A program made the translations under genes and the position numbers. A stretch of 27,887 nt of DNA from a virus. Its lineage: Duplodnaviria > Heunggongvirae > Uroviricota > Caudoviricetes. The stretch lies in IMG/VR virus record IMGVR_UViG_2585427725_000003, one strand, 5' to 3'. Numbering within the stretch: position 1 is the first letter of the stretch; the number at the start of each line of letters is the position of its first letter. The notes beneath the pieces were generated by a model. The model was not told the DNA's origin. It was given only the letters and a program-made list of their open reading frames with translations, and made no database searches. Below are positions 18,930 through 27,887 of the stretch, piece by piece.

Positions 18930-19467
18930 CACCAGTACAGAGCGCGGATGGCTGATACCAACCAGTGGCGATCCGGATTATGACGAAGCGCTCGACAGGC
19001 TGTTAAGCCAGTGGATGCGTAACGTTTCCGGTCTGTCTGCCGGGATGGTTCGCCCGCGCTGGCAGAAAGAGCAGCCGCCACTGCTACCGGCTGAAACGAA
19101 CTGGTGTGCGTTTGGGGTTATCGGATGGTCAGGTGATGACAGTCCGGCATTCACCAGACAGACCGATGATGGCTCTAAGCTCTGGCGGCATGAAACGATT
19201 GAGTGTATGGCTTCGTTTTATGGTCCGGCGGGGATGGTGTATGCGTCCCGGTTTCGTGACGGTATATCTGTACCGCAGAACAATGCAGCACTGAATGCGC
19301 TGGGGCTGTCTCTTGGCGATTACACAGGTCTGACCCCCTTCCCTGAACTTATTAATCAGCAATGGGTCCGCCGCTACGATATGACGGTGCGCCTGCGCCG
19401 GAAGGTTGTGCGCGAGTACGGTATTAAATCGCTGGTGGAAGCACCAGTCATCTTTTTCGGAGATTAA
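18904..19467 (+). CDS. Putative tail completion / neck protein
   Basis: In-frame ATG at 18904 within track ORF 18859..19467; immediately precedes the sheath-like gene. Confidence 0.4.
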   Translation: MGEFRLSNNTSTERGWLIPTSGDPDYDEALDRLLSQWMRNVSGLSAGMVRPRWQKEQPPLLPAETNWCAFGVIGWSGDDSPAFTRQTDDGSKLWRHETIECMASFYGPAGMVYASRFRDGISVPQNNAALNALGLSLGDYTGLTPFPELINQQWVRRYDMTVRLRRKVVREYGIKSLVEAPVIFFGD

Positions 19468-19470
19468 GCT

Positions 19471-20616
19471 ATGGCACAGGGCTTGCCTGTATCAAACGTT
19501 GTTAATGTTGATGTGATCATGTCGCCGCGTGCAGCATCAGGGCGAAATTTTGGTGCATTACTCATTCTCGGCCCGTCCACAATCATTCCGGTAAGTGAGC
19601 GCATTCGCCGTTATTCTGCCGCGGAAGATATTGGAAAAGATTTTGGCGTGGAATCACCAGAATATAAGGCTGCGCAGGTGTTTTTCTCACAATCACCGAA
19701 ACCTCAGGAGGTTTTTGTTGGTCGTTGGGTGAAAACGAAGGGTGACAGCGAACAGGCCACGCCTGAGACGCTGGAGCAGGCTGTGAATGCCATGCTCGAT
19801 TATACTTCATGGTATGGGCTGGGGATTGCAGACGATGAAGATATTCCGGATGCAGACTGGCTGAAAGTGGCTGCGGCGATCGAATCCTCTTCTGTAAGCC
19901 GTATTCTGGCGATTACGACAAGCGATGATAAATGCCTGCAGACTGCATCCAGCGATGATTTGGCATCAAAACTGAAAACCGCCGGATATTCACGCAGTTT
20001 TATTCAGTATTCATCGGGTAATAAATACGCTGCGTTATCTGCATTTGGCCGGGTATTCACGGTTAATTTCAATGGCAGTAATACCGCGATTACGCTCAAG
20101 TTTAAGCAGGAGCCGGGTGTCGGGTATGAAACACTGACAGTCAGCCAGGCATCGGCACTTGATGCAAAAAACTGCAATGTATTCGTGTACTACCAGAATG
20201 ATACGGCTATCCTCCAGCAGGGAGTGATGGCTAACGGCGATTTCTTTGATGAACGCCACGGCCTGGACTGGTTACAGAATTATGTGCAGACCAACCTCTA
20301 TAACCTGCTTTATACCAGCACCACGAAAGTTCCCCAGACTGAAGCCGGTATTACCCGACTGTTATCAAATGTTGAAAAATCACTGGATCAGGCCGTTCAG
20401 AATGGACTGATTGCTCCGGGCGTATGGAACGGGGGCGACCTTGGTCAGTTGTCATCAGGTGACACACTGCCCAAAGGTTATTACGTATACGCCCAGCCGC
20501 TGGATGAACAGGCACAATCAGAACGTGAAGCCCGTAAGGCTCCGGTGATTCAGGCTGCAATAAAACTTGCAGGCGCGGTTCATTACGCTGACGTACAGAT
20601 TAATGTTGTTCGCTAA
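19471..20616 (+). CDS. Putative tail sheath protein
   Basis: Track ORF, 381 aa, followed by a 146-aa tube-sized gene, a frameshifting chaperone and tape measure: the canonical sheath-tube-chaperone-TMP order. Confidence 0.55.
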   Translation: MAQGLPVSNVVNVDVIMSPRAASGRNFGALLILGPSTIIPVSERIRRYSAAEDIGKDFGVESPEYKAAQVFFSQSPKPQEVFVGRWVKTKGDSEQATPETLEQAVNAMLDYTSWYGLGIADDEDIPDADWLKVAAAIESSSVSRILAITTSDDKCLQTASSDDLASKLKTAGYSRSFIQYSSGNKYAALSAFGRVFTVNFNGSNTAITLKFKQEPGVGYETLTVSQASALDAKNCNVFVYYQNDTAILQQGVMANGDFFDERHGLDWLQNYVQTNLYNLLYTSTTKVPQTEAGITRLLSNVEKSLDQAVQNGLIAPGVWNGGDLGQLSSGDTLPKGYYVYAQPLDEQAQSEREARKAPVIQAAIKLAGAVHYADVQINVVR

Positions 20617-20626
20617 GGGGAAGTGA

Positions 20627-21067
20627 ATGTCTACCTATTCTTTTATGGATGTCACTGCGACGCTGACCGGCCCGACCGGTTCGATTGACCTCGGGTACGG
20701 TTCTGCAAGTTCTGAAGAGGGGATTGTGGTTGCGATGGGCGGTCCTAAAAACACCATGACCATCGGTGCTGATGGTGAAGTGATGCACAGCCTCCATGCA
20801 GATAAAAGCGGGACGATTACCGTTAACCTTCTGAAGACATCACCGACAAATAAAAAATTGTCGCTGGCGTATAACGCACAGAGCCAGTCTTCTGCCACAT
20901 GGGGGAATAACGTTATCGTGATCCGCAACAAGGTCAGCGGCGACATCATCACGGCACGCAGTGTTGCGTTCCAGAAACAACCGGATAATGCCAACGCTAA
21001 AACCGGTAATACGATGCCGTGGGTGTTTGACTGCGGCAAGATTGACCAGGTTCTCGGGGAGTTTTAA
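20627..21067 (+). CDS. Putative tail tube protein
   Basis: Track ORF, 146 aa, between sheath-like gene and tail chaperone. Confidence 0.5.
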   Translation: MSTYSFMDVTATLTGPTGSIDLGYGSASSEEGIVVAMGGPKNTMTIGADGEVMHSLHADKSGTITVNLLKTSPTNKKLSLAYNAQSQSSATWGNNVIVIRNKVSGDIITARSVAFQKQPDNANAKTGNTMPWVFDCGKIDQVLGEF

Positions 21068-21070
21068 TAC

Positions 21071-21523
21071 ATGGAGTTCGAAATCAAAGGCGTGAAATAT
21101 CGCGTGGCAAAACTCAGCGTTTTTGACCAACTGAAAGTGACCCGCAAACTTCTGCCGGTGCTGGCAGGAATGATGTCAGATTTCGGGAGCATTCGCTCCC
21201 GTTTGCCTGCTGATGGCAAAATCGACACCGTGAAATTCGAGCAGTTAAAACCGGTGTTTGAAACCATGCTCCCGCGTATCGCTGAGGAACTGTCTTCCCT
21301 GACCGAAGATGACACCAGTGCGATTATTCATCCCTGTCTTGCGGTGGTATCGCGGCGTCATATGGACGGATGGGTTCCGGTATTTACCCAGGGCGAACTG
21401 ATGTTTGATGATATTGACTTGCTGGTCATGCTGCAGCTGGTGGCGCGGGTGGTCGCCGATTCGCTGGGAAATTTTTTGCCTACACCCCTTACCAGCACGA
21501 CGCAGAGCCTGCAACAGGGCTGA
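21071..21523 (+). CDS. Tail assembly chaperone (short, in-frame form)
   Basis: Track ORF, 150 aa, immediately upstream of the tape measure gene; contains slippery heptamer G GGA AAT. Confidence 0.6.
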   Translation: MEFEIKGVKYRVAKLSVFDQLKVTRKLLPVLAGMMSDFGSIRSRLPADGKIDTVKFEQLKPVFETMLPRIAEELSSLTEDDTSAIIHPCLAVVSRRHMDGWVPVFTQGELMFDDIDLLVMLQLVARVVADSLGNFLPTPLTSTTQSLQQG

Positions 21524-21711
21524 CGTTTAACAGCCTGCCGGACGGGCTGTCCTACCTTCTCAATCCGGTTGACGCCGGGTTAATTCCTTATACAGCACTT
21601 AAAGATGGCTCTGTCGATTTGTACGATATTGCTCTTTTGAATGACCATCTGGCGGTAAAAGCGGATAACCAGCGGCGCATTGAGAAATGGAGAGAGGATA
21701 ATGAACGCTGA
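21071..21711 (+). CDS. Tail assembly chaperone, -1 frameshift-extended form (G/GT-like)
   Basis: Slippery G_GGA_AAT at 21466..21472 (zero-frame codons GGA AAT), followed by TTTTTT. The -1 frame is open for about 80 codons (…FFAYTPYQHDAEPATGLTFNSLPDGLSY…RRIEKWREDNER) to TGA at 21709..21711, overlapping the tape-measure start. Confidence 0.6.
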
Positions 21712-23689
21712 AACTATTAAAGATTTCCTCGTCTCGCTTGGCTTCAGTGTGGATGATGCAGGAGCGAAAAAGTTCGGTTCTGTCCTCGCCGGTACAACTG
21801 CAAATGTCATCAAAATGGGGCTGGCCGTTGAAGGAGCCGCGCTGTCCGTGGTGGCCTTCACGGCTAAGATCGCCTCCGGTCTGGATAATCTTTACTGGGC
21901 GTCACAGCGCACTGGAGCGACAGTCCAGGGAATTCAGTCTATTGGCTATGCGGTTTCGCAGGTTGGCGGCAGCGTGGACGCTGCGCGATCTTCTCTGGAA
22001 AGCCTCTCCCGGTTTATTCGTAATAATCCCGGTGCAGAGGGATTTCTGAATCGCCTGGGGGTACAGACACGGGATGCCAGCGGTAACATGCGTGACATGG
22101 CCGCTATTTTTACAGGTGTAGGCCAGAAGCTCAGCGGCATGCCGTATTACCGGGCTAACCAGTATGCGCAGATGCTGGGCATTGACGAAAATACCCTTAT
22201 GGCGATGCGTCGGGGTGTGGGTGGTTTCTCCGGGCAGTACAGCGCAATGGCGAAAGCTATCGGCTTCAATGCTGACGAGGCGGCCAGAAGCTCCAACAAA
22301 TTTATGACCTCCCTGCGTGAGTTTAGCGCGATGGCAGGCATGGCCCGTGACAAAATCGGCTCTAATCTTGCGGGTGGGCTTGCGGGTTCGCTGGACCCCC
22401 TGCGCCGCCATATCCTGGACAACTTCCCTCGTATCGAGCTGACCCTGACGAAAGCCATAAAAGGCATTCTGGCGCTCGGGGATATTATCGGGCGGCTGTT
22501 CTTCAGACTGATTGAAGGAACATCAGGTCTCATCACCTGGTGGCAATCGCTGGATAAGCAAACGCGGCAGTTGATCTCGCTGTTTGGCGCACTGACGATT
22601 GCGCTGCGCATTCTGAACAGTACGTTCTGGATGTCGCCGATTGGCCTTATTACTGCGCTGGCGGCGGGGATTGCCCTTCTGTGGGAGGACTATCAGACCT
22701 GGAAGGAAGGCGGCGACAGCCTGATTGACTGGGGCAAGTGGAAACCGGAGGTCGATGCCGCGTTGAAGATGGTTCGTGACCTTAAAACAACCGTTAACGA
22801 CCTGGCGAAAGCGCTGGCGAAACTGCTCAATATTGACCCCAAATCATGGTCCCTGAAGTGGGATTTCAGCAACTTCATCGACCAGATGGGCGAATTCAGC
22901 AAAATGCTGAACATGATCGCCGACCTGCTCAACGCTATCAAAGATGGCCGCTGGGCTGATGCCGTCAGCATCAGCAAACAGATACTTAATCAGGGCAGCG
23001 AAAATCCGTCAGCGATGCCGATGGTTACAGACAGCGCTAACAGTACTGCCGACTGGATTAAAGAGCACTGGGGATTCGATCCTCGCAGCGTGGGCCGGAC
23101 GGTACGCGGCTGGTTTGGTGATGATGAGCCGGAACAATATGCACAGGCTACGAAACGAGGAGAACGGAATAACAATCCGGGAAACCTTAATTTTGCTGGT
23201 CAGGCAGGGGCTTCTCTTGAACGCCCGGGCGGGCGATTTGCCAGATTTGAAACTGCTTTTGATGGATTACGGGCTCTTGCTCGTCAGTTAATGCTGTACG
23301 CCGGACGGGGAATAAACAGTGTGGAGAAAATTATCTCTACCTGGGCACCTGCGTCTGATAATAACAACACAACTGCGTATATCAGGGCTGTATCGCAACG
23401 ACTGGGAGTGGATCCCCGGGCTGCCCTGAATATGAGCGATCCGCAAACCATGTCAGCATTGATGAGCAGCATTATCCAGCATGAAAATGGAAGAAATATC
23501 TATTCCCGAGAGCTGATTAATAAGGCTGCCGTGGCAGGAATTAGTGGCAAAGTGACAGAGGTTAACCAGCAAAATACCTACCACATTTACGGTGGCGGAG
23601 ATCCGCACGCTGTCGGTAATGAGGTTGCACGTCGGCAACAGTCTGCAAATGCTCAGGTCATGCGAAGTAATCAGGTGAGGGTGGGTTAG
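21701..23689 (+). CDS. Tail tape measure protein
   Basis: ATG at 21701 after GGAGAGAGGA (track start 21680 is TTG). 662 aa, Ala/Gly-rich with internal hydrophobic segments; largest gene of the tail block. Confidence 0.8.
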   Translation: MNAETIKDFLVSLGFSVDDAGAKKFGSVLAGTTANVIKMGLAVEGAALSVVAFTAKIASGLDNLYWASQRTGATVQGIQSIGYAVSQVGGSVDAARSSLESLSRFIRNNPGAEGFLNRLGVQTRDASGNMRDMAAIFTGVGQKLSGMPYYRANQYAQMLGIDENTLMAMRRGVGGFSGQYSAMAKAIGFNADEAARSSNKFMTSLREFSAMAGMARDKIGSNLAGGLAGSLDPLRRHILDNFPRIELTLTKAIKGILALGDIIGRLFFRLIEGTSGLITWWQSLDKQTRQLISLFGALTIALRILNSTFWMSPIGLITALAAGIALLWEDYQTWKEGGDSLIDWGKWKPEVDAALKMVRDLKTTVNDLAKALAKLLNIDPKSWSLKWDFSNFIDQMGEFSKMLNMIADLLNAIKDGRWADAVSISKQILNQGSENPSAMPMVTDSANSTADWIKEHWGFDPRSVGRTVRGWFGDDEPEQYAQATKRGERNNNPGNLNFAGQAGASLERPGGRFARFETAFDGLRALARQLMLYAGRGINSVEKIISTWAPASDNNNTTAYIRAVSQRLGVDPRAALNMSDPQTMSALMSSIIQHENGRNIYSRELINKAAVAGISGKVTEVNQQNTYHIYGGGDPHAVGNEVARRQQSANAQVMRSNQVRVG

Positions 23690-24276
23690 TGGATATTCTC
23701 TCTACACTTTTTCATCAGCAGAGCAGAAAAATAGGAATGATTGTTCCCAGTGTTGTTATTTCAGAGAAGCATACAGATATGCTTGAAATAACAGAGCATC
23801 CGGTAGAGGTCGGGGCTGCTGTCGCTGATCATGCCTATAAAAAACCGTCAGAAGTGGTGATGGAGGTTGGTTTCGCCGGTGGCGGCGCATTGCTGGATTT
23901 TGCCAGTAACCTGACGGCTACCAGCCTGCTCGGCCTGAGTCCTCAGCAGACGTATCAGGAGCTACTGGATCTGCAGGAAAGCCGTATCCCCTTCGATGTG
24001 GTAACCGGTAAACGGCTGTACAGCAACATGTTGATCCGGGCGCTGGAAGTGACGACGGACAAGACAACCGAAAACGTCCTGTCCGCCGTCCTCACCCTGA
24101 GGGAGGTCCTTATCTCCCGGACACAGCAGATCACCGTCGCTGATAAAACCAACATGAAGGAAGGGGCCAGCACGTCGGCGGTACAGAACAGCGGCAACAA
24201 AACCACAAAGCCTCCAGATACTTCACTGCTGAAAAGCATCACGGGTAACGTGGTGTCATTACTGGGAGGCGGATAA
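23689..24276 (+). CDS. Tail / baseplate assembly protein (unknown)
   Basis: Track ORF, 195 aa, GTG start overlapping the TMP stop. Confidence 0.45.
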   Translation: MDILSTLFHQQSRKIGMIVPSVVISEKHTDMLEITEHPVEVGAAVADHAYKKPSEVVMEVGFAGGGALLDFASNLTATSLLGLSPQQTYQELLDLQESRIPFDVVTGKRLYSNMLIRALEVTTDKTTENVLSAVLTLREVLISRTQQITVADKTNMKEGASTSAVQNSGNKTTKPPDTSLLKSITGNVVSLLGGG

Positions 24277-24578
24277 TGACAATTCAGGAAATTCCGCTGA
24301 CAGCGGACAACCAGCAGTTCAGCATCGTCCTGGGTGGTGTCACCTGGCGGATTAGCATCATATGGCGCGATCCTTACTGGATTATGGACCTGCAGAACGA
24401 CAGAGGGGAGCCGGTAATCTCCGGTATACCTCTCGTCACTGGCGCTGACCTGCTGGCGCAGTACGCCTGTATGGGACTTGGTTTTAAGCTGTTGGTGGTC
24501 TGCGATGACAACACACAGGATTATCCCACGAAAACTGACCTGGGCGGGCGCAGTCATTTACTGGTATCAACGGAGTAA
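24276..24578 (+). CDS. Small tail / baseplate protein (unknown)
   Basis: Track ORF, 100 aa, TAATG-coupled to the previous gene. Confidence 0.45.
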   Translation: MTIQEIPLTADNQQFSIVLGGVTWRISIIWRDPYWIMDLQNDRGEPVISGIPLVTGADLLAQYACMGLGFKLLVVCDDNTQDYPTKTDLGGRSHLLVSTE

Positions 24579-24580
24579 GC

Positions 24581-25648
24581 ATGACACAGAACTGGATGAG
24601 ACATTTCGAGCTGCAGCTTGTGGACGGGAACGGTCAGGGAATTGAGCTAAGTGATTTCAAAGTCACCTTTACGATCGACTGGTTCAACATCAGCAGCGCG
24701 TCCCGGGTAGGGACTATCAAAATTTATAACCTCTCGGCAGATACTGTGAACCGAATTACCGGGCAGGAGTTTTCGAAAGTGCGTCTGATTGCGGGTTACG
24801 ACGGTATCGCGCCGGAGGTGTCGGCAAGCGATGTCGGGACCGTGCGGGAGGTTGATGCGGCGGACGTGGGCCAGAGTGATGGCCGCAACTACGGACTGAT
24901 TTTCAGCGGTGAAATTCGCTACTCGGTCACAGGAAAAGACAGCCCGGTTGATTCCTACGTCCTGATTCAGGCAGCCGATACAGATCTGGCTTTTGCCACC
25001 AGTATAACCTCACAGACGCTGGCTGCCGGTTACACGGTCGCTGATGTGAACCGTGCGCTGATGAAAGACTTCGAAGCCAAAGGTGCGACCGAAGGCCTGA
25101 CGCCTGAAATGCCTGCTACTGTATTCCCCCGGGGGCGGGTACTCTTTGGCATGACGCGGCATCTTATGGATAATGTAGCCGGGCAATGTGGCGCAACATG
25201 GCAATTCGTGGATGGTCAACGCCAGATGGTGGCGAATAATGAATATGTTCACGAAGCGATTGTGCTCAACAGCGCTACCGGGCTTATTGGCATGCCGCAG
25301 CAGACTATCGGTAACGGCGTAAACGTCCGCGCGCTTATTAATCCGAACATCCGGGTTAACGGGCTCATTCAACTGGATCAGGCTTCAGTGTATCGTACCG
25401 CGTTGTCGAACAACGATATCGCGATGGCCGGTGGGCAGATCACCGACCAGAACACGGACGGAAATATTACGCTAAGCGGCACCACATCGCAGCCTGCCAG
25501 CATCGCAACGGATGGCGTTTATATTGTGCGTGGGATTATGTACACTGGCGACACAAGGGGGCAGGCGTGGTACATGGATATGATGTGTGAAGCACGTGGC
25601 GCGGCTGATCTACTTTCGTCCTCAGCGCAGCAAAGGATTTATTCATGA
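24581..25648 (+). CDS. Putative baseplate hub / tail protein
   Basis: Track ORF, 355 aa, directly after the preceding tail genes. Function by position and size only. Confidence 0.45.
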   Translation: MTQNWMRHFELQLVDGNGQGIELSDFKVTFTIDWFNISSASRVGTIKIYNLSADTVNRITGQEFSKVRLIAGYDGIAPEVSASDVGTVREVDAADVGQSDGRNYGLIFSGEIRYSVTGKDSPVDSYVLIQAADTDLAFATSITSQTLAAGYTVADVNRALMKDFEAKGATEGLTPEMPATVFPRGRVLFGMTRHLMDNVAGQCGATWQFVDGQRQMVANNEYVHEAIVLNSATGLIGMPQQTIGNGVNVRALINPNIRVNGLIQLDQASVYRTALSNNDIAMAGGQITDQNTDGNITLSGTTSQPASIATDGVYIVRGIMYTGDTRGQAWYMDMMCEARGAADLLSSSAQQRIYS

Positions 25649-25992
25649 AGCGTATGAAGTTAGTTTTGACAATTTCGTTATTATTTTCTTGTTCAGCAGC
25701 TTTTGCTGATTTGCAATGCGGCGGATATCTACTTCATGCAGCTGATAACGGTTGGACAAAAATCAACGGTGAGCAGGTAACATCACAGAAGATTACGTTT
25801 CTTGGTAAGAAAGATGACTGGGACAACGTTAAAACTAACATGGGCCTGATGCCTTCTCGCGATGGCAACAATTACGGCTTTGAGTTTGTGAAGCGTAACG
25901 GAAAAGCTTTCCTGAACGTCCAGCTTCTGCAGAACAGCATGGATGCGCCTAAAATCATCGGATCATTCCCTTGTAAAAAGGCGTTACGCTAA
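25645..25992 (+). CDS. Secreted or lipoprotein-like small protein (115 aa), low-GC moron appended to the tail operon
   Basis: ATGA overlap with the upstream gene stop. MKRMKLVLTISLLFSCSAAFADLQCGG...: N-terminal signal peptide (possible lipobox LFSC or SPase I site AFA/D), two further Cys. Visibly AT-richer than the tail genes. Confidence 0.6.
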   Translation: MKRMKLVLTISLLFSCSAAFADLQCGGYLLHAADNGWTKINGEQVTSQKITFLGKKDDWDNVKTNMGLMPSRDGNNYGFEFVKRNGKAFLNVQLLQNSMDAPKIIGSFPCKKALR

Positions 25993-26029
25993 AGTTTGAT
26001 GTCAATCTTCCGAGATGAGCGCTTTAAGG

Positions 26030-26058
26030 TTGACGAGATATTGTTCAAAGTTCACAAT
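26030..26058 (+). promoter_or_regulatory. Candidate sigma70 promoter for the two-gene cargo module
   Basis: TTGACG (26030..26035), 17-bp spacer, CACAAT (26053..26058), about 30 nt upstream of the ATG at 26088. Confidence 0.35.
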
Positions 26059-26087
26059 CACAATCCCTTTAGTAAGAGAAATAATCC

Positions 26088-26861
26088 ATGGCGGCAGGCA
26101 TCCCATTAGAAAAAGCGCAAAAATATATTGAACAATTCAATGCGCTTCTATTGGATAGGGAAAGTTTAGATCCCTTCACTGAAAAGAAAATTCGAGAGGA
26201 ACTTTCTGTCTCTCCAACGCCTGCTACCAACATTGCACTATCTTATCTGGATGCAATAACCGGAAAGATTGAAAGCGCGTTACGTTATCTCAGGATAAGC
26301 CTAGAAGTAAACGATGTAACGTTGGCAATGCACTATCATCACATTTTAATTAATACATTTAGCTATAATGAACTCAAGGATGTCTATGTCCCGCTGGCAA
26401 AGAAGTATCGGACAAAACTCTTTAGTCACAACGCATACAGTTGGGCGTACCGTTGCGGCGAGCGTGAACAGTTAAAATTTTATATGGAAGAGCACATTAA
26501 GCTTCTTTCTGAATCAGAAGGCAGGAGTAATGCTATGAAGCACAAAGAAGAACTCCTTGCAGAAATGGATAATTTCTATAGCGCCACACAGTGCTCGAAG
26601 GAACAGTTCCAGACCTTAGCATCCATAATCTGGGGCTTGCTAAGTGAATACAAGGCTACGACAGGTTTCGTTCAGCTTAGTGGAAGCGGTTGCTATGTTG
26701 TTGATATTAAAAATCTTGAGCCTAAAACTATTGCCAAAATGAACTTCGACTTGGCTGATAGAGTCTGCGCTGAATCTAAACTGGATGATTGTTCCCTGTT
26801 AGCTAGATTTACCTCTCCGCGTCAGTTGCATACGGGGGTGAGCTACCATGTCGGTAACTAG
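26088..26861 (+). CDS. Hypothetical protein (257 aa), first gene of an AT-rich two-gene module
   Basis: Track ORF. No recognisable motif; specifically no GS...DxD nucleotidyltransferase signature. Its last codons overlap the start of the next ORF by 14 nt. Confidence 0.6.
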   Translation: MAAGIPLEKAQKYIEQFNALLLDRESLDPFTEKKIREELSVSPTPATNIALSYLDAITGKIESALRYLRISLEVNDVTLAMHYHHILINTFSYNELKDVYVPLAKKYRTKLFSHNAYSWAYRCGEREQLKFYMEEHIKLLSESEGRSNAMKHKEELLAEMDNFYSATQCSKEQFQTLASIIWGLLSEYKATTGFVQLSGSGCYVVDIKNLEPKTIAKMNFDLADRVCAESKLDDCSLLARFTSPRQLHTGVSYHVGN

Positions 26862-27129
26862 CAATCAGATTCTCGATACCGCTCGATTATGTCTGTCTGA
26901 AAATATTGAGAGTGGATTTCGAAGCGCTATCTCAAGGGCGTATTACAGTATGTTACATGAGTCTATTAGCTCACTTACTGCCATACCGCATTTTACCCAT
27001 GAGCATCACAAAAATACTGTGGGTTATATGTCAACGCCCTCAGAGTGCAAATCAGAGCCATACCCGACAAATACACTGAAATCCCTAGCTTTCGTACTTC
27101 GCCAGTGGCGGGATGCTAGAAATGAATAG
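26848..27129 (+). pseudogene. HEPN-like protein gene, 3' end interrupted by IS2
   Basis: ATG at 26848 after GGGGGTGA. MSVTSNQILDTARLCLSENIESGFRSAISRAYYSMLHESISSL... contains S-R-AYYSML-H (R-x6-H), resembling the conserved HEPN helix motif as I recall it. The reading frame ends at TAG 27127..27129, which is the first three bases of the IS2 terminal repeat. Confidence 0.5.
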
Positions 27130-27217
27130 ACTGGCCCCCTGAATCTCCAGACAACCAATATCACTTAAATAAGTGATAGTCTTAATACTAGTTTTTAGAC
27201 TAGTCATTGGAGAACAG

Positions 27218-27583
27218 ATGATTGATGTCTTAGGGCCGGAGAAACGCAGACGGCGTACCACACAGGAAAAGATCGCAATTGTTCAGCAGAGCTTTGAACC
27301 GGGGATGACGGTCTCCCTCGTTGCCCGGCAACATGGTGTAGCAGCCAGCCAGTTATTTCTCTGGCGTAAGCAATACCAGGAAGGAAGTCTTACTGCTGTC
27401 GCCGCCGGAGAACAGGTTGTTCCTGCCTCTGAACTTGCTGCCGCCATGAAGCAGATTAAAGAACTCCAGCGCCTGCTCGGCAAGAAAACGATGGAAAATG
27501 AACTCCTCAAAGAAGCCGTTGAATATGGACGGGCAAAAAAGTGGATAGCGCACGCGCCCTTATTGCCCGGGGATGGGGAGTAA
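27218..27583 (+). CDS. insC: IS2 transposase OrfA (InsC)
   Basis: ATG at 27218: [56 protein letters not shown]... (helix-turn-helix), 121 aa. The track start at 27173 is a GTG inside the inverted repeat. Confidence 0.9.
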
Positions 27584-27887
27584 GCTTAGTCAGCCGTTGT
27601 CTCCGGGTGTCGCGTGCGCAGTTGCACGTCATTCTCAGACGAACCGATGACTGGATGGATGGCCGCCGCAGTCGTCACACTGATGATACGGATGTGCTTC
27701 TCCGTATACACCATGTTATCGGAGAGCTGCCCACGTATGGTTATCGTCGGGTATGGGCGCTGCTTCGCAGACAGGCAGAACTTGATGGTATGCCTGCGAT
27801 CAATGCCAAACGTGTTTACCGGATCATGCGCCAGAATGCGCTGTTGCTTGAGCGAAAACCTGCTGTACCGCCATCGAAACGGGCACA
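27541..27887 (+). CDS. insD: IS2 transposase OrfB (InsD) frame, partial; expressed as OrfAB by -1 frameshift at A6G
   Basis: Slippery A_AAA_AAG at 27535..27541 near the end of insC. The -1 frame is open from there to the window end (…[66 protein letters not shown]…). Confidence 0.8.

Larger units (their letters stand above)
27127..27887 (+). mobile_element. IS2 (IS3 family), left end and first ~760 bp; continues beyond the window
   Basis: Starts TAGACTGGCCCCCTGAATCTCCAGACAACCAATATCACTTAAATAAGTGATAG, the IS2 terminal inverted repeat as I recall it, followed by insC and the orfB frame. Confidence 0.9.

Noticed and set aside
25645-25992. Secreted 115-aa protein as lambda Bor or Lom
   Set aside because: Sequence does not resemble Bor as I recall it, and it is too small for Lom. 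Kept as an unassigned envelope moron.
26088-26861. Upstream 257-aa gene as a canonical MNT (nucleotidyltransferase) antitoxin partner of the HEPN-like gene
   Set aside because: No hG[GS]-x9-13-DxD nucleotidyltransferase motif (only LSGSGCYVVDIK, wrong spacing) and more than twice the usual MNT size. Left as unknown partner.

Overview
This ~27.9 kb window is a slice of a mosaic lambdoid prophage, ending in a partial IS2 copy. All identifications are from reading the sequence and the ORF track against remembered phage lambda / 434 / 21 biology; no database search was run. Left to right: Red recombination and pL-operon genes on the minus strand (bet partial, gam, kil, cIII, ral, N with nutL); a phage-434-type immunity region (cI, cro, three 14-bp ACAA-N6-TTGT operators on each side); lambda-like cII, oop RNA, O with ori iterons, P, ren; a reduced nin region (ninB, ninE, ninF, ninG); a non-lambda Q; two tRNA genes; a phage-21-type lysis cassette (dual-start S, SAR endolysin R, Rz with embedded Rz1); terminase, portal, head and a sheath/tube-type tail cluster with a -1 frameshift tail chaperone. 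Low-GC cargo sits at three classic moron positions: a secreted-protein gene ATGA-coupled to cI (2316-2720), an antisense gene in the bor position (9949-10380), and, after the tail genes, a secreted-protein gene plus a promoter-equipped two-gene module (26088-27129). The second gene of that module has a HEPN-like R-x6-H motif and is cut at its 3' end by IS2. That module is my best candidate for an undescribed toxin/defence system.
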